A program made the position numbers and the translations under genes. Source: Octopus sinensis (lineage: Eukaryota). From it: 64,000 nucleotides of DNA. The stretch lies in NCBI RefSeq assembly GCF_006345805.1, contig NC_043004.1:16368001-16432000 (forward strand), read 5' to 3'. Of the stretch, positions 52,660 through 64,000 are shown piece after piece (position 1 is the stretch's first letter; each line of letters starts with the position of its first letter). The notes under the pieces are model-generated. The model saw nothing but the letters and a program-made list of their open reading frames with translations, was not told where the DNA came from and ran no database searches.

Positions 52660-53365
52660 AGAACATTTTAGGTCTCAGGATGGCCAGAGTTAGTGAATTT
52701 ACAACATCCGATATTATTGGAAAATCTACTTTGTGTTGAACATATCCCATGTAACAATGTTATGAAGAATTAAAGGAGGTATTAGAAACAATAAATACGA
52801 CACTCTGGCCATGTTGCAAATGTTTATTAGGTTCTGTTTAAGAAGTCTAATATCGGTTAACGTGCACGTTTTAGGGGTTATATTTCCAATTTCAGAAAGA
52901 AGATATTTTAGTGACATAAATTGGAAAAACAACTTCAGTAAAACACCTACCCATTTCACATATTGAATTTGTGTTGCTAAATGTATAAGAATGTGACGTG
53001 AACGACGGAGCGTATGAGTTGTGTGTTGATCTGCAGAAACTAGCACAAGAATAGCTCTAAACGAACACATTCGACGACGTTTTCCTGGATATTTTATCAC
53101 TGAAACATTAAATGGAATCGGTGCAGTTGGGACGGCATGGATTACAGATCCCAACGCTCACAACTGATCTACAACTGAACATCAACAATAGTATAACTCG
53201 TTTTGCACTTATGTGTCTGTTCCTGTGGAAAATCATCCAGTTTGAACTAGAAGCCTCCAAATGAACAAAGGTAACGAAGCTGCGTAAGGAGTCATTTCAA
53301 TAAATTCTATCTATGGCATCACAAAGAAAACTGAGAGATATCACAAAGTCATCAGTTGCAGCAGT
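52660..53365 (+). mobile_element. Possible highly decayed Helitron Rep-helicase remnant
   Basis: Collinear short matches by eye: TSDIIGK, SLISVNVHVL, SDINWKN, ECDVNDGAYEL, FDDVFLDI..LGRHGLQIP, ILSMASQRK..SSVAA. Many stops. Confidence 0.35.
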
Positions 53366-54053
53366 TTGTTGATACATAAACTCTGTTGTTGTCTATTATC
53401 GTTGTTGTCGTTGTTACTGTCAACACTTTAACAGGTCCGGTTTAATATACCTATGTCATATTGGTAATCGTTTTAATAATTACGTACGATCCACAGATAT
53501 ATATAGATCTGAATATTCTTTACCAACTCTATTCTACAGTTCTGACATGTAGTGATTTCTTCTGCTAAGCTTGTTTACCCTTCAAAATCCAATATTTTAA
53601 TCTTTGTCTGCTGTCGTTTTTGTAGTTGTTGTTCAAATCTTTGTTGTTATTTTCTACTCTCAGGTTGACTGATCAAGAAAATTTTGTGTTGTTTTACTGT
53701 TTAGAGTAGTTCCTCTATTCGACTTTAACATAAATATTTCTTATTCTTGTGCTCTTAGGTTCTGTGAAATATAATTCTGTTTGTTGATAAAAGTAGTTTC
53801 ACAGACCGAAATTAGATTTTTGCATAATATTTTTTCTCACTTGTTATGCTTTAAGTACTATGCTCTATGGTTAGGGAGAGCAGATAATCAAAGGTAATTC
53901 TATGTGCTTGTGCTAGTTGGCTTTGGGGAGAGTAATTCATAATTAAAGAGGATAAGAGGCGGTATAACAAGGTTGGCTATATAAAGGTGTTTATATATCG
54001 TTTCATAGAAAACGATTGCAAAAAGGTAACTCTAATAAGCTATGCATGTTATA

Positions 54054-54240
54054 CAACGGTATGCTGAAATGTTCCTCGCTTTGGGTTCAAGAAAATACAG
54101 AAGGATAAGTTAGTTATGGTTTTATTCAACATATTCCCCACTGAGATTCACACACACATCGCAGCGGTTCTTCACTTTTTCTGGACCCACTAAAGAAAAG
54201 AGCTCGGAAGGTTGAGCCTCCAACCAGGCCTTTAGTGCCT
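54054..54240 (-). mobile_element. Mariner transposon end fragment
   Basis: TIR-like ..GCTGAAATGTTCC... The minus strand encodes the mariner C-terminus CVNLSGEYVE*. Confidence 0.55.
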
Positions 54241-55169
54241 TCTAATACCATACTATTAAGATAGTAGTTCATTTCAGTTCGTTCCAAACATTTGTAGGTT
54301 TATATGCGAGACGAGCGTTGATGAGGATTAACTGGTAAATGGTCGTAAACCTGGAAAAGAAGGAAGAAAAACTGTTTTCTTATTAGCTGGATGATCTTGG
54401 ATATGATATATACAAAAGCAGCATAAGACCAAAATATCAAGTCAATAATTGATACTTGTGGAAACGTCACTAAATATGCCTTAGGGAGAAGCCTCAGAGT
54501 AATTTTCAAACCTAACATATGGAACGCTTGTAAGATGCGTTTAATAATCTATAACGACATCAGTATTTAAAAATGAAAATGAAAATTCAGACGAGTTATT
54601 TACTGCTAGTATTTTCATTCTTTGCAAAATATTACCCATCTAAAAATGCATTTATGCCATAGCGTTAATGAGATGAAGAAGACAAAATAATGACGTGAGC
54701 AAACAATATTCAAAATTTGTCTTATCAGACGTTCAAATGTTAATGCCAGTAATTATGGAATATCTAACTTTATTTTGTCTTAATGGTGCATATATGGTTT
54801 CTTTTTGCATATCTTTCTTTAGGCAGAGTTGTGAAATTAATATATTTTCTCATAATTTCTGAAGAAAATTAAATATCACTTTTGATTAAATTTAAAATGT
54901 AAAAATTTATGCGAAAACCTAAAAACAAAGGAAAAAATGTGCATTGTTATTTTCTGTTGATTTTCCTTGCACCTGTATAAAATTATACGAATGTTACATG
55001 AATTATATTCACTAAATTAGTTTTAACTTTTACGTCAATTTCTATGTGTTAAATAAAACCTTAATTTGCAAATTAAATCTTGTGATCAAAATATAATTAC
55101 TCAAATTGTAACAAAACTATAAAGAAATAACGATTATGAAAACAACGAATATGGCTAATATCACCATTA

Positions 55170-55221
55170 AAACTACTACTACTACTGATGCTACAACTAC
55201 TACTACTACTACTACTACTAC

Positions 55222-55304
<83 letters not shown>

Positions 55305-55370
55305 TAATAATAATGATAATAATAATGATAATATTAATAATAATAATAATATAAATTTCTGATAATAATA
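55170..55370. repeat. Compound (ACT)n/(AAT)n/(GAT)n microsatellite
   Basis: Direct reading. Confidence 0.95.
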
Positions 55371-55637
55371 ATGACTCTTAACAATAATTTCTTAGAAAAT
55401 ATTAAGTAGCAGAAAAGCATAAATATTAATATAAATTATTTTAAATATCGTCGTTTAAAATACATTCTGTTTTATATTATTAATATTAATATGAAATATT
55501 TTCCTTCAGTAATTTCACAACTAACTAAAGATTAATTATAATATTAATTTGTAAGATTTTTTAGGAATACTATATTTTAAATATGACAAGTATCAGATTT
55601 TTCCTCTTAGCTAAGCAAACAAAGAAATCTCATCAAA

Positions 55638-55706
55638 GCCTAATTGACCATAAATCAATTATCACATGGAAATAACGGCTCTCCATGGGCCAATCAGAAG
55701 CACATG
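55638..55706. promoter_or_regulatory. Motif cluster: TAATTG, Pbx/Hox-type TGATTTATGG (reverse complement), NF-Y-type GGCCAATCAG, E-boxes
   Basis: CCATAAATCA at 55648-55657, GGCCAATCAG at 55688-55697, and CACATG twice, in non-repetitive DNA. Confidence 0.15.
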
Positions 55707-55982
55707 ATAAATCGAAGGGTTGGAATCACATGGACGGAAAATGGCGAAATTATTCTAATGAGAGATTTTAATGATTCCTAAGGAAAATAAAAGATACAAT
55801 ATTTGAGATGATATATTAGATTTTGTCGAGAAGCAATACATTTCGATGTTTTAAATATGTGGTTTAGCTCAGGAATCGATAATTATTCAGCACCAATTAA
55901 AATGTATTAATATATCATTTATTATGAGCTAAATGTAAAGCAGTTGAATGTATGTATGTATACACACATTCATACATCCTAG

Positions 55983-56033
<51 letters not shown>

Positions 56034-56098
56034 TATATATATATATACACATACACACACTTATATACATATATATATATATGTATATATACATGCAC

Positions 56099-56159
<61 letters not shown>

Positions 56160-56783
56160 CACACACATACACACTTAAGGTGTATAACGCATTTTATATA
56201 TCTTAAGAGATATTTATATTGTTTATATTGCTACGGCCATTAATTTTGCCAGATCAATTGATTTCGTCCTGTTTAGGCCTCCTCAGTGGTAAACATACTG
56301 AGTCAACATTACAGAGGAATCTTCGGTTAAGGATATATAGAATATCAGTGTCTATTTAGGGGCTGCTGCCGAACATAACTAATGAGCTATGATAATTTTT
56401 TAAATGTCGCTGTTAATTATTGTAAATATGTGGTCTTTTAATCACCACTGATCCGCCTGAGATGTCCACACAAGGTAGCTGACGCAGCATTCTATATTCT
56501 AACACAACGTCCACACTGCGGTGGGGCTTTTCCTATTACTACTGCTTCTGTCGCTAAGAAATAATTTCTAATAAACCGGCTGGTTATTTGTGACATCATT
56601 ACTTGAATATATACTGATATCATAATCATCGTTGACTGGACACTCAACAGCTATGTAGCCAGTGGATGTCAGTCACTGAGGACCCAAAGTCAGAACGAAC
56701 TCACACGCACACATATATATGTCAACACTTATACATAATTCATATTTTGTCCACATAAAGCGTATACACGCTTATATACCTGC

Positions 56784-56831
<48 letters not shown>

Positions 56832-57419
56832 ATATGTATGTATGTATGTATGTATATATGTATGTATATATGTATTTACAGATAAGTGAATGAGTACATA
56901 GATAAGAAGTTTTATATATATATATGTGAATGATGTTATATTTATACCTATCATTTTATATGTATAGTTCCAGTTGAATACGTATTGTTATATGCATATA
57001 ACGTAATATGTGTGTATATTTGCGAGTCCATATCGATATGAAATGTATATATAGGTATTAACTAGTATGTGTTCGGTTTCGATAAGCACGTGTAATTATA
57101 TATGGATGATTTTGTGCGTATATATCTGTACACATATATAAATATATTTTTATATATGCGTACATGTATTCATAACGTATTTGAGAGTACTATAAATATT
57201 TCCAATTGCTTTATAAATATTATTTTAATTTTAGTTACATTGATAAGAAATTCTTTTGTATACTTAATTATTCATAAATTATTATCTATTATTTAATATT
57301 CAATTACTTTATTTGGTCTTGTTCTTGGTAATCTAATCTATGCTGAGTTATAATTACATAAATATATAAACATATATGTATATATATATTGTTAAAAGAT
57401 CACATCCGTCGCCGTGATA

Positions 57420-57602
57420 GATCTTTAGCCACTACGCACATTTTTTTCTCTCCTTGTTTTCTTTTGTTTCTGTGTCCTTTTCTGTAGAAGAGAGTAGGCT
57501 CGAAACGCAAAAGACTTTTTAGATTCCTGAGCGTTATACTAATACATATGTTTGTTTTGTACACCACCTGTCTTCGTCTTTTGTTTTTCGTAAACTCTCC
57601 CT
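57420..57602 (+). mobile_element. pLTR fragment with decayed minimal hammerhead (CTGTAGA core, 57477-57513)
   Basis: CTTTT-CTGTAGA-A-GAGA-GTAG-GCTC-GAAA-CGC-A-AAAG. Reverse homolog of 44853-44990. Confidence 0.6.
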
Positions 57603-58224
57603 ATATATATATATATGCATCTATATATATATACATATATAACATAATTATTTAATAATTACCTCTCCTCATAGATTAACATGAATTATTAGTGATTTCA
57701 TAAGTGCCCTTATCGCTTAAGTAGTTTTATTCATATTGATATGAGCGCCTATTCCTTTAGAAACAAAATATCTTACTTTTTTCCTTTTGATCGATTTAAA
57801 TTAATTCACACAGGAACGCTATCTATTTTTTAAATATTTAACCAATCAAATTTGTTTTGACTTTACGTGATCCATATCAATATATTTTAGGGGTGAGAGT
57901 ATCATTCTTTGTGTGTAAGTTTATATATTATTCTTTTTTAAGTACTCGTTAACCTATCTTAATATACATGTATATATACATGTATATATGCATATTATAA
58001 GAGTGTACACGCTTTATGTTGACAAAATGTATGTTTGCGTATGTATGCATACGTATATATATATATATATATATTTATATATTTATATATATACATACAT
58101 ACATATATATGTGTTGTTCTTTAGATTTGTATTCATTTGTGCGAATTGATGCACATACATGTATTTCCACGTATGTTTGCATATAAGTATACATATTTGT
58201 ATCTATTGCTTGTGTGTATATATA

Positions 58225-58292
<68 letters not shown>

Positions 58293-59971
58293 CTATGTGT
58301 GTGCGTGTGTGTGTGTGTGCGTATGTGTGTGTGTTCGGCTTTACATATGTATACATATATTCCTATTTAGAAATGTATATATAAATGAATATGCATTGAA
58401 TTAAAAGACGAACCCTTTTGACTTGCGTTAATATATGTTTATGTATTAGTTTCCCTCAGCTTTATAAGCAACTTAAGTATATATTTTTATCTTTTCATTC
58501 ATATGTTACACTCCTTAGCTGTAATTTACTATTCAACCTCTATCTATTTACCCATTATTACTCTAATTATATTCACATATTATCCATTACAAACTATAAC
58601 AACTTTTAATTCCCTAACCGAAAATATGCCATTATTAGGCATAAAATAAAACTCAGTCTGCTGAGAGGATTCTAAAATACAACACATAAAAATCTTTGTT
58701 CTTCCTTTTTGAAGATATTTTGCCTAACATAATGATTTTAACAATTGCTGTTTAATCTTTTAGGCTGAATTGAAACAGCTGTAAGGGATTATGTTTGAAT
58801 TTTGCAGATAATTTTTTAAATGCTATGTCTCTATTTTCTTACTTTCTTTTGAATGAGCATAAACCATGGTTTATATATAAACCTAATGCTTCATGAATAT
58901 TATTAATCACAACAAATATTAGGTATTGAACCAGTAATTCATTGGATAATACCATCCCTTAATAAGGCTAATTTCGCCTCTAATTGAATATATATATATA
59001 TGTATTTCGAAAGTACGGTTAAATTAAATGAAATATAATTTAATATTATTTAATAAAATTTGATAAATTAATGTATTATCTCATATGTGGTGTTGGATTG
59101 AATTTTATGATAGTACATGCCTTTTAATCTATAAACAAAATAGAAGTCTATTTAATAATAACAACACAATTGTTGATGACGTAAAACACGAATCCCTTGA
59201 ATTGAATACCCAAACTGATCATGAGATACACAATATACTAAACCCCGGATAAATACAAATTAAACAGATTAAATAATTTCAAATAACTATAACGCATAAG
59301 TTGTAAGTTTTATTTATCAATAGTATAATAAATAATAGAATATATATATTTACAATTTTACTGGTAAACATAATAGATATAAATGTTTATCCAACTTTAA
59401 CGATCGCTTTGTTACAAAATCAGTCAACATGCACACACCCAATTAATTATGAACTGAAATAATACGCGCATATACCGTATCTTTTATTTTTATTTTAAAA
59501 TACCAACGCGCACAAGCATGAATAAACGAATTCGTTTATTATTTTAAACACGCATACACACAAACACATAAATTAGTAAAATCTATAGATATACTCATTT
59601 ATAATGTGTATATTTATCTTATTCGCATTTTGTATTATTTTTCTCTTTATCCGCATTTTATTTTATTTTATTTCATTTTCTTATTTTCTAATAAAATATA
59701 TTTAACACCCACACACACACACATATAAACATGTCTTCGTTTATTCAGTCTACTTCAAAATCTCAACCTAACAACATATAATCGTTTAATGGTAATTAGC
59801 CCTAATAAAATTTTACTCATATAATATTCTAAATGCAAATTTTATCTTAGTTTATTTATAATGTTATAATTAGTATCGAGTAAAATTGAAACAATTGTAG
59901 GTAATTTTAATTAACTATATGTTAATAAAGTAATTTGTATCTATATACTCTGTATTTTCATCTTGTTTTTA

Positions 59972-60015
<44 letters not shown>

Positions 60016-60102
60016 CGTATATGAATGTACATAACGTAGCTGTAAGAATTCCTTAAGTATCAACGCGCATCAAGTTGTACAATGGCTGTTGTGCAAGATA
60101 TA

Positions 60103-60502
60103 CAGTGGCTTTATGTGATGTTATTAGTTTCATGCAATTAAAGCATGCCAGGCAGTATTTGTAACACATCTGATGTCTCAGTGCACTCTTCAAGTACAAC
60201 TCAGATGGCATGAAACGAAAGGTGAGAAACAAAGTAATTATAAAAGTTGGAAGGGGGGAAAACCGGAAAAAGGAAAATATAACAGAAAGAAGCAAAAAGT
60301 GGTGAATTAGAAATGTTTCTCCTTTGGCCGTAAAATATAAGGCTTTTCTCCGTTTTCTCTCGTCCTATAGTCCTATGTTTAGCTTGATATACCAAATGGA
60401 CAGTGCCTGAAGATTGCGCTAAGACACCAAGCGTATGAAAAAAAATAGCCTGGCACGCTTTCATTCCATGAAACTAATTGTAGTACATAAGCACATACAC
60501 TG
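60103..60502. mobile_element. MITE with ~100-bp imperfect TIRs and Tc1-like CAGTG ends
   Basis: TA|CAGTG..TTAGTTTTCATGCAATTAAAGCATGCCAGGC..GTCTCAGTGCACTCTTCA is the inverse of ..TGAAGATTGCGCTAAGAC..GCCTGGCACGCTTTCATTCCATGAAACTAA..CACTG|TG. Confidence 0.75.
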
Positions 60503-61949
60503 TGTTTATTAAATTACATATAGACAGAGATATAGATAGATATACATATATATGTGTATGTATGTACGTAATATGCATTTGAATATAGATATATACGTGC
60601 ATATATATAAACATGCACATACATACATACATACTTATATACTTGCATGTTTTATTAAAATTAATCGCCTCCTACACCTTTATCTTTTCAATTTTTCCTC
60701 TTGTTTACATCGCACTTGTACCTTTATGAAATCCCGAGCATATAATATTCTTGTCTATCTTTAAGCATAAATTTGCTTTTACTGCAATGAAATATATTGC
60801 ATTCGATAAAGTATGCTAAATGTTGTTTTGTCCTCTCTGTGTGTGTGCGCGCTCCGCAAGCGCACATGAATACGTGTGTGTTGGCGTGTGAGTGTGTCAG
60901 TGTGTTTGCCTGAGAATGTGCGTATGTGTTTAGTAAAATGAAATTCTGTAGTTTTCTATCTGGTTACGTAACTGTTTTAGACACGGATGGCCGCGTGCTC
61001 TCATACAGTGTTATGTTACGGCATTTAATGAGATGAAAATACAGTACACGTTTATTTACTTAATTTTGTAATGCTTTAAATTTAGTAAATTTAGATAATG
61101 TTTTTCAGACTTATCCATTAACTCGAGTTATACGGACATTAGATGAAACGGAAATTAATGGTGTAAATTCCATGTCTTTTTTAATGAAATTATCGAGCTA
61201 TTATAGTTAAGCAAAGATTTATACTATGTTGAACCAGGCTGCTTTCTTATTTCGCTTATTTCGTGTTCATATGACAGAATACACGAAGTTATTATCATAT
61301 AATCAATTACTGGTCTTCCAAGACCAGTGAAAATTAAAATCACTAGTGCATCGAATTCGGCTTTGGGGATATTAAGTTATGTCCTTTTTTTATTTTCTTA
61401 TTTGAATCTCCAGAAGGAGATCAATAAAAAAATGTAGCAAGTACTGGGTCGATATGATTGACTATAGCCCTCCTTCAGATGGTTTGGCATTTTGCCTAAT
61501 TCAGATAGGAATTACTAATCATCACATGGAAAAGCTCTCCAAAAATAAAAGACATCGTTGTTTGCATGTATTGAACTTTAATTTTATATTAAAAAGAAAA
61601 ACATAATCTATTGGCCAGTATAATTAGGAATACATTATAAAAACATACTGGCTACAGGTTCTAAAAAAACATAGTGGCTACCGTCTTTTATCATACTTTA
61701 TGTTTCCAACGTGCTCGTGAATATAATGGAATGCTATTGAACACAATTTCAAGTTATAGCTATTTAATGGTATATTGATTAAATATTTCAGACGAAAATG
61801 ATCACTATAATTAATATCAAAATAATTAATTAATATTCTTTACATAAACATAATTCAGACTAAAATACTACATTGCTTTCTTTCATATTTGTTTTGTTAT
61901 GTTTATTTCTAAAAAAATTAATAGCTGTACAAAGATTGTTACAGCTGCA

Positions 61950-62465
61950 GAAGTAGACTTTTTTATATTTTTGGAAATGGTAAACAATTGTTTTATGGAA
62001 ACTGGTTTTCAATTACAGTTCAACATGTATCACAAAACAGTGACTGATGTAATTGAAATTGAAGTCAAAAGAGTGATATCACAGAATAAGAGATATTTGC
62101 TATGGTATTTGAATTAATAAACTAGACAACCGGAGATCACTAGAACAGACGTTGTTATAACTGGAAAAGTTTCCGCCAGAGAATGCTGTTGGTTAGAAAT
62201 CATAGTGTGACAAATTTTAGAATGTGGAAGTCATTGACGCGAATGATGTCCAGAATAGGAGTGGCACCATGGATGATATTCTCAAAATCGATATCAATGC
62301 AGTGAAGTGCTAAATAATAATGTTTGATATGTTTGTACTGGGGACATGAAATACAAGGCAGGTGATATATAAACTGTTCTTCTATATTCTGACTCAGTAA
62401 ATGTACAATGACACAACTATGAACTTGGTTAGATTTGACCTTTGAAAACAAATATAGCAACAAAA
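61950..62465 (+). mobile_element. Possible decayed Ginger2/KRBA2-type integrase remnant
   Basis: Short matches: VIEI, PWMIFS, GD..LLY.D, and (R>*)PLKT..A. Many stops and frameshifts. Confidence 0.3.
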
Positions 62466-63421
62466 TATCTTTACTCTTTTATAACTAAGCGGAAAATGTT
62501 TTGTCTTGTAGTTTGAGTTATAATAAACGTAGTTATTATTAAAACATTGATGGAGTTTTAACTGGAAACGTTTGAGGGTGTATTCAACAAGATTGCAAGT
62601 CTTACTGGTAACTAATTATTTGTACGTATATGGTTATGTATGTTAATGTGTGCTTCTATGATCGGTCGATAATTTGCTGAATGCTATACGTAGCCGAAGA
62701 TAGACGAATGAATACGTTGAAGCAACCGCTTCTATATTCGTTAAAGGACATCAATATACAACGAAAATGGCTTTATATGACATTGAGAGTTCGAAGTATA
62801 ATCCATGAATGAGGAAAATAAAAAATGGACACCATTTTGACCATTTATTAAACACTCTTTACAGTCAACAACAATTGCCCAAACAACTTACCTTTGCTAA
62901 TAGAAAAAACAAAAGTGATTTATGCCAGACTAGTACTTCTATGTATGACACACTTCATTCGAACAGCATTACTAATACATACAACACAATTTCCAAACCC
63001 AGCAACCAGTAAAAAAGCATGGAAGCAAAGAAGCATGCTACTTTTTAAGTTAGAGAGACTGCTTGTATCACCTCACTGTGATCTTCTCATTTGGCCTTAA
63101 GGATCACAAAAATGAAATTCTTTTCTGAAGTTAAGTGCAAAGTTATTAAAAGTTCTAGAGGTGTGATGGGCCAAGTAATAATAGGAATCCGAGAGCCTAT
63201 CAATTCTGATATCGTTATGAATTAGTTAATATTTCTCAAGCATACAAGTATCTTACAATTTTTTAAACAGAAGTTTTCAATAAGTTGCACTTACAAGATC
63301 ATACTGCATCGTACGTTTTAAGGGAAGTAGGTACAAGAGTCCAAAATCGTTCACTAAATACCTGCTTACACTTGTCGAATTCACACTAGTAATCAAGTGA
63401 GAGGCTTCTACCTATTTAAAG

Positions 63422-63556
63422 TAGAGATCTAGAGAGCGCTTCCACTACTCATAATAGTGCCCGAGGTAATACGTGGGATACACAGCCAACAACACCAACG
63501 ACTATCGCGAGAAAGAAAACGAAGGCAAAGGAAACGGCAAATTTTATAAAATATAT
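63422..63556 (+). CDS. Best candidate coding exon (135 bp, phase 2 to 2), product unknown
   Basis: Acceptor cttctacctatttaaag|, donor TAT|gtaagt. Locally raised GC and CpG, frame-preserving length, and open frame RDLESASTTHNSARGNTWDTQPTTPTTIARKKTKAKETANFIKY. Confidence 0.35.
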
Positions 63557-64000
63557 GTAAGTAGGCTATGTATGCCATAATTTCCGATAGCAAAAATGTA
63601 CTTCCAAGGTTACCCGTCATAGAACGGGTAGCACTTTATTACCGTACACAATGTATAGTGGTTGTTAAACTACTACCATCTGAAAAAACGGAAAATCAAA
63701 GGAAGAAACATATTCAACTAAGCATATATGCGAATCCATATATAAATGTATGTCTGTATGTGTGTAGAGATGGGTTTACTCTGCGAGTGGGCGAATATAA
63801 GTAATATATATCCACATGGATGTTTGTATATTGGTGTATCTAATCATACAAACACAAACACATACACACATACGAACACGATCATATATACATATGTTCT
63901 CCATGGATTTACTTGAAAATCAGTTTCAACTAGAGTATAATAAGAATGCTTCTCATTTTTTTTTAACAACTGTATGTATCAAAACGTGTATGATGGAGCT

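Noticed and set aside
59521-59540. 20-bp perfect palindrome AATAAACGAATTCGTTTATT
   Set aside because: It is isolated, AT-rich and short, with no associated structure.
62900-63040. Minus-strand hydrophobic frames with a GPCR TM1-like GFGNCVVC
   Set aside because: In-frame stops, and no TM2/TM3 motifs follow.

Overview
Very AT-rich eukaryotic DNA saturated with microsatellites ((TA)n, (CA)n, (TAA)n, (TAGA)n). The SINE and retroelement families look like those of an octopus/coleoid cephalopod genome; this is recognised from memory, not from a database search. No intact host protein-coding gene could be identified, and nearly all ORFs in the track are microsatellite or repeat artefacts. The window is intronic or intergenic, with a few weak splice-flanked exon candidates. 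Supported content: (1) a 5'-truncated, decayed Penelope-like element (RT + GIY-YIG, Neptune-type Cys linker) at 48.6-51.1 kb and two further PLE endonuclease fragments; (2) R4/Dong-clade LINE fragments with an RLE endonuclease, several ending in (TAA)n; (3) many tRNA-derived SINEs, one of them oligomeric; (4) Tc1/mariner remnants and two copies of one MITE family; (5) weak Helitron and Ginger2-like remnants. The most notable observation is a set of unrelated non-coding units of ~480-500 bp inserted in or next to (TA)n. Each has terminal redundancy, an inverted segment at one end and type I hammerhead ribozyme motifs, so they are candidate retrozyme-like, Penelope-mobilised elements. The best example (45148-45982) has a near-complete hammerhead. 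Also notable is a 1.37-kb tandem duplication (27.0-30.0 kb) whose chimeric middle repeat places a crossover, or an assembly join, in a 21-bp window.
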